From: an uncultured Candidatus Woesearchaeota archaeon
GTDB lineage: Archaea > Nanobdellota > Nanobdellia > Woesearchaeales > UBA10107
DNA length: 64,000 nt
NCBI GenBank assembly: GCA_963835585.1
Contig: CAWIGF010000003.1
Location: forward strand, 516,530 to 580,529
Direction: 5' to 3'
The first letter of the stretch is position 1, and every line of letters begins with the position of its first letter. Below, piece after piece: positions 10,433-19,203 of the stretch. The position numbers and the translations under genes were made by a program. The notes under the pieces were generated by a model. It was not told the DNA's origin. It saw nothing but the letters and a program-made list of their open reading frames with translations, and did no database searches.

Positions 10433-11062
10433 TTATTTTTTTCTTAAAGAATCATACCAATTATTAAGTGAGTTTACAAACGCAGCTCTAAAATTATATG
10501 AATGACCACCCCATTTTGGTTTAAGTTCCATTGATTTTTCGTCAAGAGAGAATTGAATGAAATTTTCCCTATCCTCATGACGGCCTTCACGGTCACGAAA
10601 ATTCAAGTACATGTCGCGTATCGAATATCCATGCAAATGCCTATCTTCTAACCTTCTTTTCAATTTTGCATGAGCCTTCTTTGTTCTTTCGAAATTAACA
10701 AATATGCAGTGTATTCTTCCGCCGGCCAAATATGTTTGAAATACTTTTTCTTTTTGCGCAGAACATCCGGGTGTGATGGAACCTTCTATTCTGCGAATAT
10801 CCTCAGTCCCATCTCCATTAATGTCAACAACATCCTTGGAAAAAGGGACGACACGATGATCTAGACACTGATTGACATATTTCATTTCCAGGCGTGCTTT
10901 CTGTTTTTCTGCATGGGAAGCATACCGATCAAAATTAGGTATTCCTGCTGCATAAATGCTAAAATGTCCAGAAGGCAAATAAGGAACATTGACCAGCGCT
11001 TCCATTAAACGAGAATGATCTGGCTGGCATCTGCTTTTTTTAGGAAATTTTATTTCTTGCAT
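10433..11062 (-). CDS. hypothetical protein
   Basis: 209-aa ORF on the opposite strand, where fusA/tuf normally follow rps7. I recognise no motif. Confidence 0.35.
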   Translation of the reverse strand: MQEIKFPKKSRCQPDHSRLMEALVNVPYLPSGHFSIYAAGIPNFDRYASHAEKQKARLEMKYVNQCLDHRVVPFSKDVVDINGDGTEDIRRIEGSITPGCSAQKEKVFQTYLAGGRIHCIFVNFERTKKAHAKLKRRLEDRHLHGYSIRDMYLNFRDREGRHEDRENFIQFSLDEKSMELKPKWGGHSYNFRAAFVNSLNNWYDSLRKK

Positions 11063-11156
11063 GGGAGAGCAAATATTAGTTATTATTTAAGCATTTTGTT
11101 TTGTTTATAATGATTCCAGCAGATAAATATTTAAACAAACTGCGTTTTCAGATGGC

Positions 11157-11540
11157 GTGGAAAAAGCACTATACATAGGAGCTCAGTCAAAAGCAATGGG
11201 CGTAACAATCAGAAATTATCTTCTACCAAATTTGTTTGAGTTATATCATATAAACGCGACACAGCATGATTGCCTCTGCGAAGAAGAGAACATGGAAGGA
11301 TTGGAAGGCGAAGTCATCATTTCAGACCCTCACAATACATTTCCGGCCAACGTGGAGTGCTGGGAAAAAATACATAAAATAGTAGAGAAATTTCCAAACA
11401 AGAAATTCTATATTTATTATTATAAGAATCCAGAACATAATACAAGCATGGAAGCAGCAATAGGAAAGCACGATAACATCACATACATAACAAAGAATAA
11501 TCTTGTAAAAATTATAGCTGGATTGATTCATTCCTGCTGA
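11157..11540 (+). CDS. hypothetical protein
   Basis: 127-aa ORF with no recognisable motif. Confidence 0.3.
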   Translation: MEKALYIGAQSKAMGVTIRNYLLPNLFELYHINATQHDCLCEEENMEGLEGEVIISDPHNTFPANVECWEKIHKIVEKFPNKKFYIYYYKNPEHNTSMEAAIGKHDNITYITKNNLVKIIAGLIHSC

Positions 11541-11606
11541 ATACGCGCAAAACCAATGGGAATCAAATCCATAAAGTTTATAAATTAAACAAAAGATGTC
11601 AATGAC

Positions 11607-11948
11607 ATGGCAAAAGAAGACTTGCGATTGAGGAAAACTGGCTCGAAACACGGAATGAGAATGTGGATAGTCATAATCATCGTAATTCTGGCATTATGCA
11701 TAGGCTACGTGGCAGGACAATTTGAAGTTGTCGGGCTGGTAGTAAAAGTGCCGCAAGTAAGCTGCGTGCCTCAAAAAGACTTCCAGTACTTCCTGGACCA
11801 GGATAATAGTCTTCGAGCAAACTACCAGAAATGCGTCGCTGATGATTGGAATCTTCAAGTTGAACTTAGCAAGTTGACTGGCACACCGTTGAACGGAGTA
11901 ACAATACTTCCTGCTAACAGCACTGCTCCTTCAAACACATCGCAATAA
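11607..11948 (+). CDS. hypothetical membrane-anchored protein (N-terminal TM helix)
   Basis: 113 aa. A hydrophobic segment (MRMWIVIIIVILALCIGYVAG) follows a basic N-terminus. Confidence 0.35.
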   Translation: MAKEDLRLRKTGSKHGMRMWIVIIIVILALCIGYVAGQFEVVGLVVKVPQVSCVPQKDFQYFLDQDNSLRANYQKCVADDWNLQVELSKLTGTPLNGVTILPANSTAPSNTSQ

Positions 11949-11994
11949 TTCTTGATTAGACATCTTTTTAAAAAGAGAGAAAGGACATAACACT

Positions 11995-12663
11995 ATGAAA
12001 GTAAGATACGTATTCGCAAAGGCATATGTAGATGTAATTCCTGTTCTGAAAAAAACACTGCCTTTGATAAAAGGGAGAGTAGGAATCATAACCACAATAC
12101 AGTACCTTCATCTCATGAAGGACATAAAGAAGTTCTTCGACGACCATGATATAAAGGCTGAAACGCTGGGTCAAGTCCTTGGGTGCAACACAAAAGTTAC
12201 GGAAAAGAGCAAAGCGGACACAATCATTTTCTTCGGGGATGGATTGTTCCATCCAAAAGGGATGGCCTTGAAGAAGAAATATGTCATAATTGCTAACCCA
12301 TTGTCGAAGACAGCAAGATTATTGACAAAACAAGAAATGGATGATTTTGAAAAAAAGAGATACGCCGGCCTTGCGAAGTTCTACGCATCGAAAAACATCG
12401 GAGTTTTAGTTACATTAAAGCCAGGACAGGAACAGATGAACGCGGCATTGGATCTGAAACACAAATATCCTGGCAAGAACATGTACATCTTGGTATTTGA
12501 CGACCTCAACTGGAATTCATTGGAAGATTTTCCCTTTGTCGAATGCTTCGTGAACACTATGTGCCCCAGGATCGCATATGATGACTACTCAAAATTCCCG
12601 AAGCCGGTCGTGGATTTCCTTGACTTGATCGAGAACGAGAAAAAGGCGAAGAAAAGAAAATGA
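11995..12663 (+). CDS. Dph2-family diphthamide synthase-like protein, lacking N-terminal domain 1
   Basis: 222 aa. It matches my recollection of archaeal Dph2 domains 2-3 (GQVLGCN...; DFPFVECFVNTMCPRIAYDD). The first ~100-aa domain carrying the first cluster-ligating Cys is absent. Confidence 0.5.
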   Translation: MKVRYVFAKAYVDVIPVLKKTLPLIKGRVGIITTIQYLHLMKDIKKFFDDHDIKAETLGQVLGCNTKVTEKSKADTIIFFGDGLFHPKGMALKKKYVIIANPLSKTARLLTKQEMDDFEKKRYAGLAKFYASKNIGVLVTLKPGQEQMNAALDLKHKYPGKNMYILVFDDLNWNSLEDFPFVECFVNTMCPRIAYDDYSKFPKPVVDFLDLIENEKKAKKRK

Positions 12664-13064
12664 AAATCTGGAAATTATTTACGCTGTTGATTATCCTTGC
12701 AGGATGTTCCTCTCAAGTAAGCTCAGTAAAAATAAACAATATCGACATCCCTGTCAAACTGGCAATTACAGAAGCGCAAAGAGAAAATGGATTGATGTAC
12801 CAGACAAATCTAACAGGAGGTATGCTTTTCGTGTATGATAGCGATTCGCCCCACACATTCTGGATGAAGAACATGTTGATTCCATTGGACATAATATACA
12901 TCGGAGGCAACGGCACGATAACAAACATATGGCACGCTCCTCCGTGCACATCCGACCAATGCTATCTATACCCGGGATACGGAAAATATGTTCTTGAGGT
13001 CAACGAAAATTTCACGAATGTTAACAATATCTCAGTAGGCGATACTGTTTCACTCGTGAGATAG
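12660..13064 (+). CDS. DUF192 family protein with lipoprotein-like signal peptide
   Basis: 134 aa. DUF192 pattern (ENGLMY...GMLFVY....FWMKNMLIPLDIIYI...YVLEVN). N-terminus has signal plus lipobox LAGCSS. Confidence 0.7.
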   Translation: MKIWKLFTLLIILAGCSSQVSSVKINNIDIPVKLAITEAQRENGLMYQTNLTGGMLFVYDSDSPHTFWMKNMLIPLDIIYIGGNGTITNIWHAPPCTSDQCYLYPGYGKYVLEVNENFTNVNNISVGDTVSLVR

Positions 13065-13117
13065 ACTTTTCTAGAGCGTACAATATCTTTATAAATACAA
13101 GTGAAAGACCTAAATCA

Positions 13118-13474
13118 ATGGATCCACGTTTCAAAAAACCACTGACAGCCGAGGAGAGAGCTGCGAAGGAGCAGCAGGAAATCTCGAGGATAATGATTCC
13201 AAGGGACAGGGAAGTCTTCGGCATAGTGGAGCAGAGAGTCGGTGGTTCAAGGATGCTCGTCAAATGCTTCGACGGAAAGACCAGAAATTGCAGGATACCC
13301 GGCAGGTTGAAGCGAAAACTTTGGGTGAGAGAAGGGGATGTAGTAATAATAGAACCGTGGGAATTCGACGGCGAGCACAAAGGGGATCTAATTTACAAAT
13401 ACACATCAACGCAGGTAAACTTCCTGAAAAACAAAGGATACTTGTCGCAAATGAGCGAGCTTGAAGAATTCTAG
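13118..13474 (+). CDS. eif1a: translation initiation factor 1A (aIF1A)
   Basis: 118 aa with an S1-like OB fold (REVFGIVEQRVGGSRMLVKCFDGKTRNCRIPGRLKRKLWVREGDVVII). Confidence 0.88.
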   Translation: MDPRFKKPLTAEERAAKEQQEISRIMIPRDREVFGIVEQRVGGSRMLVKCFDGKTRNCRIPGRLKRKLWVREGDVVIIEPWEFDGEHKGDLIYKYTSTQVNFLKNKGYLSQMSELEEF

Positions 13475-13875
13475 ACTCTTAACGGAATTAATCTATTTTC
13501 CTTATCAGCAAGAACTGCTTCATCCTTTAGTTTGTCGACATTTTTCTCGATATCATTAATTCTCTTTTCAAGGTAATATATCAGGACTTTTACTGGAATA
13601 GTCGTTGTCTTTATTCTTCTCAAGTCAGCTATGATTAGTCCTTTCAAGGCTTTTATCTTCCATCCAAAACGACGCGCCCCCTTAACTTTGTATTTTTTGA
13701 ACAAATTCGCCCTTTGAATCAAGCAATCAAAACTCTTGTTCAGCTCATCTATTGAAGAACCATTTTCCAATTTTTTCTTTATGTCTTCTAATTCCCTTCC
13801 TGCCATGACTGCGGCCATAATAACATCTTGATACATGAATCTGCTGAAGTAAAAACAATATATAAAGATTAGCAA
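13471..13875 (-). CDS. hypothetical protein
   Basis: 134-aa ORF. The N-terminal ~20 aa look non-native, so the true start may be the internal MAAVMAG. No recognisable domain. Confidence 0.25.
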   Translation of the reverse strand: MLIFIYCFYFSRFMYQDVIMAAVMAGRELEDIKKKLENGSSIDELNKSFDCLIQRANLFKKYKVKGARRFGWKIKALKGLIIADLRRIKTTTIPVKVLIYYLEKRINDIEKNVDKLKDEAVLADKENRLIPLRV

Positions 13876-13907
13876 TATTTATAAGAGAAGGGAGAGAAAT
13901 AAGCGAT

Positions 13908-14369
13908 ATGAAATGTCCTTTCTGTGGAAGCGAGGAGACTCGTGTTTCTGATAAGCGCGAGGCTGAAGACGGTACCATAACAAGAAGGAGAAGGGAGTGC
14001 CTCAAGTGCAAGAAAAGATTCACGACATATGAGAAGATTGAGAATATTGACCTGACGATCATAAAAAAAGATGGGACAAGAGAGATGTATGACAGGCAGA
14101 AGCTCACGAACGGAATATTACGGGCATGCGAAAAGAGACAAATAAGCAGGGAAGTCATTGACGAAGCTGTGAAGGACATCGAGCAGGAAATACTCAACAA
14201 GGAAAGCAAGGAAATACCTAGCAAGGTCATAGGCGAATTGGTCATAGAAAAACTGAAGGCGATAGATAAGGTCGCATATATCAGGTTCGCATCCGTCTAC
14301 AAGGATTTCGCCGATGTAGAGGATTTCAAGAAAGAACTAGATGAGTTGATTTCTAAACGGGCAAAATGA
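13908..14369 (+). CDS. nrdR: transcriptional repressor NrdR (Zn-ribbon + ATP-cone)
   Basis: 153 aa. MKCPFCG...C.KC Zn-ribbon followed by an ATP-cone (VIKKDGTREMYDRQKL..GILRA). Confidence 0.8.
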   Translation: MKCPFCGSEETRVSDKREAEDGTITRRRRECLKCKKRFTTYEKIENIDLTIIKKDGTREMYDRQKLTNGILRACEKRQISREVIDEAVKDIEQEILNKESKEIPSKVIGELVIEKLKAIDKVAYIRFASVYKDFADVEDFKKELDELISKRAK

Positions 14370-14825
14370 TTACCTGAACTCGTCGTAAATCAAAAGCAAA
14401 ATCCCTATGCATATTGCCGAATCAGCTATGTTGAACGCCGGCCAGAAGCTGAAATATATGAAATCAGTAACGTAGCCGAAAACGATTCTATCGATCACAT
14501 TTCCAATTATTCCGCTAATTATCAGAGCAAAACATATTTTCTCAAAATCCGTGCCTATTTTATCCCAGAAAAATAATATGAGACCAAGGATAATCAGCGA
14601 GATGAAGACAAGGGATGCGTTGAAATTCTGGAATGTCCCGAATCCCGCTCCTGTGTTCTGTATGAACGTTATTGAGAGAAATTTTCCGATTACCTGTATT
14701 GGTTGATATATCTTCAGGTTGCTTCTGACTATGCTCTTCGTAACCTGGTCAAGAACGACAATCAATAAGGCGATGAGGAAGAATACGCTACCAGATCTTC
14801 TTTGTTTGTTTGGTTTCTTCTGCAT
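14370..14825 (-). CDS. lspA: lipoprotein signal peptidase II (bacterial-type LspA)
   Basis: 151 aa, 4 TM segments. Conserved LspA boxes are present: DQVTK, NTGAGFG, GNVIDR, FNIADSAI. Confidence 0.8.
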   Translation of the reverse strand: MQKKPNKQRRSGSVFFLIALLIVVLDQVTKSIVRSNLKIYQPIQVIGKFLSITFIQNTGAGFGTFQNFNASLVFISLIILGLILFFWDKIGTDFEKICFALIISGIIGNVIDRIVFGYVTDFIYFSFWPAFNIADSAICIGILLLIYDEFR

Positions 14826-15150
14826 TTTGCTCCAAAGAATTAAGTCGCTGATTTATCAGATCAAGCATCGCCTTGATCGTATCCAATTTCGCGGATATCA
14901 CCTGCATGTCTGTTGACTGGACCGGCAGAGGAGCTTGCTGTCTTTGAACAGATTGCTGCGATTCGTAAAGATTTTTTCGCTCAGTGCTTTCTGCTCCAGG
15001 CGGGTTCGCAAGATTATCATAGGAAGTTACATCTTCTTGAGTTTTATCAGTTCCCAATCCAAGCCTGTCATTCGGCAATCCAAGCTCTTTTTCAAATGCA
15101 GCTAAGTCGTCCTCTTCTTTTTTCTTTCCAAAAGGCCAGAACCACGCCAT
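14788..15150 (-). CDS. hypothetical protein
   Basis: 120-aa hydrophilic ORF. Its C-terminal codons overlap lspA. Confidence 0.3.
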   Translation of the reverse strand: MAWFWPFGKKKEEDDLAAFEKELGLPNDRLGLGTDKTQEDVTSYDNLANPPGAESTERKNLYESQQSVQRQQAPLPVQSTDMQVISAKLDTIKAMLDLINQRLNSLEQNAEETKQTKKIW

Positions 15151-15306
15151 CTACAGCAACCCCACCGTCGATGACATCGCAAGCACGCCAAGCGCTATGA
15201 ATGCCAATAAGAATGCAAGCTTGATTGTCGTGAAAAAAAGCCATGAAGAAACGCGAAATATCATAAAAGCCCCGAATAGAATCAGGAACAGTATTAAGTA
15301 TGACAT
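15151..15306 (-). CDS. hypothetical small membrane protein (2 TM)
   Basis: 52-aa ORF that I translated myself (MSYLILFLILFGAFMIFRVSSWLFFTTIKLAFLLAFIALGVLAMSSTVGLL). Its TAG stop abuts the ATG of the next ORF. Confidence 0.3.
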   Translation of the reverse strand: MSYLILFLILFGAFMIFRVSSWLFFTTIKLAFLLAFIALGVLAMSSTVGLL

Positions 15307-15371
15307 ACAGAGCATTTAATGAAAAGGAGTTTATAAAGGTTGCTTCGAAATTTACAATATGTCTATATCTT

Positions 15372-16622
15372 CTAGATTATCGTTATATTATCATTCATGA
15401 CATCAGAAATCTTTGACTCAATCTCTTTTTTCATATGGGCTAGATTTATTTGCCCATAATCATATTCCACTTTTTTAATGTCGTTCTTTACTTCTTCTTC
15501 CTCGCTCTTTTCCTTATGCAACCTGTCCTTGCATGCCTCTATCCTTTTCACGACAGATTCGCTCTCTATGTGGTGGCTTATTTCTCTTATTTTCTTTTCA
15601 AGCTCCTTTTTTTTCTGCAGGAACGACTTCAAATAGGAAATGTCGAACGAATCGCATGCCTCGAGTATTTTTTCTTTCTTATCTTGCTTCAATTCTATCT
15701 TCCCATTCACAATTGCTTTCTTGATTTCCTGCACAATATCCGCGATTTTCAGTTCGACATCCTCTTCCAGCGCGTTTAGCGGACTATCCACATATCTTTT
15801 CACCAATTCCTTGTCAAGGGACATCCGCTCGTATTTCTTCAATGCGTCATTGAGCGTCGAGAAATATTTCAATGGGTTCATTTCCACTTCACCAAGCTCT
15901 TTTTCGGCCGTTTTCTTGTCGGCGATTAAATTTCCTAGCCTCTTGTATTCAGGCCCTTCCTCAAGTTCCTTTATCTTGTTCTCGTTGTCCTTGATTTCAT
16001 TCAACACATTCTTGGCCTTTTCCTTTTCTTCAATGATTTTCCTATGCAATGATTCTTTGCTTTTTGTTTTCTCTTTCAGTTCATTGACAGCATCCTTGAT
16101 CTCTTGCACTTTTTCCGCTCCCGACTCCATTATTATTTTCTGGCATTGTTTTATCAAAGAATGTATCTTCACTATGTTCTTGGAAATCAAGTTGAGTTTT
16201 TCCCCGTAGAACTGCTGGATTATCTGGTAATTTCTGAACGTGCTCTTGCTGAACTCATCCAAATGGTGTTCGAACTTTATCCCATACTTAATTACTTCTT
16301 CCATCGAATCTGGCAGGACAATAGAATCAAAGAACGCCCTTATCTTCAGAAGATAGGATTTCTTGTTGTCCTGCAGCATATGCACAGCATGTTCAGGGAT
16401 ATTCTTTATTTTGGGAACGGTCTCATCAAGTAATTCTATCTTCTTCTTCATTGTCTCCTTCTCATCGCTTAATTTCTCCCTTAATGCGACTAATTTCATG
16501 GATGTTTCCTTTTCTAGGTTTTTGTAGAACGAATCGATTAGCTTTCCTACCTCATCTAAATTGACTTTTCTTACTTCCACAGCCTTCTGAGAAGGTTTCT
16601 TCAAAAAATCAAATATCCCCAT
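15372..16622 (-). CDS. long coiled-coil protein with PspA/IM30-like N-terminus
   Basis: 416 aa, K/E-rich heptad repeats throughout. The N-terminus MGIFDFLKK resembles the MGIF-start of PspA/Vipp1 (ESCRT-III superfamily). Confidence 0.4.
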   Translation of the reverse strand: MGIFDFLKKPSQKAVEVRKVNLDEVGKLIDSFYKNLEKETSMKLVALREKLSDEKETMKKKIELLDETVPKIKNIPEHAVHMLQDNKKSYLLKIRAFFDSIVLPDSMEEVIKYGIKFEHHLDEFSKSTFRNYQIIQQFYGEKLNLISKNIVKIHSLIKQCQKIIMESGAEKVQEIKDAVNELKEKTKSKESLHRKIIEEKEKAKNVLNEIKDNENKIKELEEGPEYKRLGNLIADKKTAEKELGEVEMNPLKYFSTLNDALKKYERMSLDKELVKRYVDSPLNALEEDVELKIADIVQEIKKAIVNGKIELKQDKKEKILEACDSFDISYLKSFLQKKKELEKKIREISHHIESESVVKRIEACKDRLHKEKSEEEEVKNDIKKVEYDYGQINLAHMKKEIESKISDVMNDNITII

Positions 16623-16689
16623 GACAATAACGGCATAATCAGGACTTATAAATCTTTTTCATTCGTTATTCAAAGAAATGACAATAATA

Positions 16690-17448
16690 TCACGCTATTT
16701 TCTCGTATTTGCAGAACTCAGGGAGCATTTCCCTCATCTTTGCCGCGGCCTTTTCGCTTTCCGACGGGCCGTTGTCCTGGTTGTTTGGCATGCAATAAAG
16801 CAGGAAGATAAGCTTGTCTCCCATTGCAGCTCCAAGTATCGAGAAATTCCTTGCACACTCTATAAGATTATATCTCTGCATATGCAGGAATTTGTTCCCG
16901 AGAACAGTGCAGTCATAATTCTTCATGAATCGCGTGTTGCATGCGAGTATGTCACAGTCAAACTTAAGCAGCGCTTTTGCGAGGTCCCCAGATGGTCTTA
17001 GATGAATTCCATACTTATTTTGAACAACAATGTCGTCCAGGACCATTATGTGATTGTATTCAGGGGTTTGTATGCTTTCCCTCCAGTTTTGCGGGTTATT
17101 TTCAAGCCATTCCTGTCTTGCCTTGTTTCCTATGTCCATTTTTTGCTTCTCAGATTCAATCCATGCATGCTTATCCATTTCATCAATCTGGGCAAGATTC
17201 CCCTCAAGTGTCTTCTGCTGCCTCCATTCAGGCTCTACATTATGGTAGAAACTGCACATCGCCTCCGACATCGAGACATCCTCGCTCACAACCTCTGAAT
17301 TATCTCTCTCTGCCTTGCGCCTTTCGGATTCGATACGATAATTGTCGAGGGTTTTGAAATATTTGTGATCAAGAATGGCTCTAAGCACGTCATAAGTGAG
17401 ATTTTCATCCCTCAACAAATTATCCGTCGCTTGATGTCCTGTATCCAT
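16690..17448 (-). CDS. hypothetical protein
   Basis: 252-aa ORF with an acidic N-terminal half and a conserved-looking alpha/beta C-terminal half. Unassigned. Confidence 0.35.
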   Translation of the reverse strand: MDTGHQATDNLLRDENLTYDVLRAILDHKYFKTLDNYRIESERRKAERDNSEVVSEDVSMSEAMCSFYHNVEPEWRQQKTLEGNLAQIDEMDKHAWIESEKQKMDIGNKARQEWLENNPQNWRESIQTPEYNHIMVLDDIVVQNKYGIHLRPSGDLAKALLKFDCDILACNTRFMKNYDCTVLGNKFLHMQRYNLIECARNFSILGAAMGDKLIFLLYCMPNNQDNGPSESEKAAAKMREMLPEFCKYEKIA

Positions 17449-17640
17449 GGCCTTTTTCCTCGACTGCTCCTTGCTTTATCTCCCAAACAAATATTTAATC
17501 CCGGCGATAGCAAAGATAGTCCGCATAGTGAAGAACACGGTTCTCGTACTCGAAAAACCCATATGCTTCTTCCATTTTATCACTCATAATGACAGCAACA
17601 ATATATTATTGCGTACATGATAATCAATATGCATATATAT

Positions 17641-18615
17641 TCAATTCGTTTCCAGCAGCGCTTCGTGATTGATTGCCATAAGAGGCTCCAATGAATCCCA
17701 TATCCTTGACGTGACGTCGTACAACGAAAACAGCACCTTGAAATCTATGGCCTGCGCATTCTTCTCGACAATCCCGTCTATGGCGTCAAAAATAACATGG
17801 GCATCCACGGCGCATTTGTTCGCGCGCTCTATCGTGAATTTGCAGTATGTGTGATAGAACAAGTCGAGCAGGGTAATAGTCTTGTTGAATATACCCATTA
17901 CTACTTTGCTTATCTCCTTGTTCTTGATAAAATTGTAATAAATATCTCGGTAGATGTCCCCTATCTGTTCTATCCGCTCGACCAGCGAGTACACAAATAT
18001 GCTCTTCTGATATTCGCTGTAGCCGCGCTCAGCAAGTATCCGTATGCAGAAATTTGTCGTCTGGTTTATCAGATTGTCCATGAGCGATATTTCATCCTTT
18101 CTTGTGTCGTCTCCCTTTCTGATAGACTCATAGATTTCGCTGGCCATCATCTTCAAATCCAGGAACGACTGATTCAGGCTCCTGTCGAATTCCTCTGGCA
18201 GTATCTGCGCTTTCTGCTCTGCGATCACAAAATTTCCCTTCTTTGTGTTTTTTATGTCCACAAGATCTATCCCTGTGTACGAATCAAGAGAATTCTTTAT
18301 CAGATTTATGTCCTCACGAACATGGTCCCTGAATCTTTTCTTTCCTTCGTCATATTTTATTGAGAAGTTCGAGTACCCTGTCTTGTACAAAACACCTAAT
18401 GCTCTTAATGCAAGGTGGCTGAATTTTGATATGTCGAAAACGGCCGATTTGTGGCTGGCTTTCTCCTGGACTCCGATCTGGAGATGATCACCGACTTCCT
18501 GGACATCAATCTCCTCCTTGTCTTTCAGTTCAAATCTCCTGACCCAATCTGCAGGCAATGACACGACTATGGAAGAAGGCCCCATGCGCATCAATTTTCG
18601 CTTCATACGGCCCAA
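17641..18615 (-). CDS. PhoU-domain regulator with N-terminal AbrB/SpoVT-type DNA-binding domain
   Basis: 324 aa. The N-terminus (MKRKLMRMGPSSIVVSLPADWVRRFELK) is a swapped-hairpin AbrB-like domain. The rest is a helical PhoU-like repeat, an architecture common in archaeal PhoU homologs. Confidence 0.55.
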   Translation of the reverse strand: MGRMKRKLMRMGPSSIVVSLPADWVRRFELKDKEEIDVQEVGDHLQIGVQEKASHKSAVFDISKFSHLALRALGVLYKTGYSNFSIKYDEGKKRFRDHVREDINLIKNSLDSYTGIDLVDIKNTKKGNFVIAEQKAQILPEEFDRSLNQSFLDLKMMASEIYESIRKGDDTRKDEISLMDNLINQTTNFCIRILAERGYSEYQKSIFVYSLVERIEQIGDIYRDIYYNFIKNKEISKVVMGIFNKTITLLDLFYHTYCKFTIERANKCAVDAHVIFDAIDGIVEKNAQAIDFKVLFSLYDVTSRIWDSLEPLMAINHEALLETN

Positions 18616-18767
18616 TATGGATTATTAAATATATAAATGTTTACCAATATAATATAGACTAGTCTATATATTGATGCATAGTGTCGTATATTCAATATAT
18701 TTTTTTGCGAGATATTACTAATAATGATTTATTTCTGCCATGATTACCTATTTTATCAGAATCCTAA

Positions 18768-19151
18768 TCAAACTAAAATAGCGTTCAGAAATCCCTGCTG
18801 ACCAGGCCTTGATGTTATCCTTGCTTTTCCCTTCGAAGTCTGGACTATTACTCCCCTTGTGAGGATGTTACGCCTGACGTACTGCGAATTCGCAGGATTT
18901 TCGAGTACTGTCTCGACATCGACAATTGAATATTTTTTTGTCTTGGGATCGTAAAGATTTACTTTGTTTGCATCCAATGACTTTATCTTATTTATGCCGC
19001 TTCTGGCTCTTACGACCTTTATTTTAGCCGCTCCCAATTTTGTGAGGACTGGAGGCCTTGCAAGCTCGTACTGCTTGGGCTTCCTAAATGATATGTATTT
19101 GGCCCCGCTTCCAGAACGCTTTGTGATGCCCCTTGTCTTTATAGATGCCAT
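18768..19151 (-). CDS. rps8e: ribosomal protein S8e
   Basis: 127 aa from the internal ATG (MASIKTRG...). S8e motifs are present (KVVRARSGINKIKSL..ANKVNLYDPKT...VLENPANSQYVRRNILTRGVIVQT..GKARITSRPGQQGFLNAILV). A TATA-like TTTATAA lies ~30 bp upstream. Confidence 0.85.
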   Translation of the reverse strand: MASIKTRGITKRSGSGAKYISFRKPKQYELARPPVLTKLGAAKIKVVRARSGINKIKSLDANKVNLYDPKTKKYSIVDVETVLENPANSQYVRRNILTRGVIVQTSKGKARITSRPGQQGFLNAILV

Positions 19152-19203
19152 GGTATTTTTGCTTGGATACTCATTTATAAATATTACTGTGTTTTTGGCT
19201 GAT

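Noticed and set aside
15640-16209. 189-aa Ser/Phe-rich ORF
   Set aside because: Antisense shadow of the K/E-rich coiled-coil gene (complement of AAG/GAA-rich codons). Low complexity.
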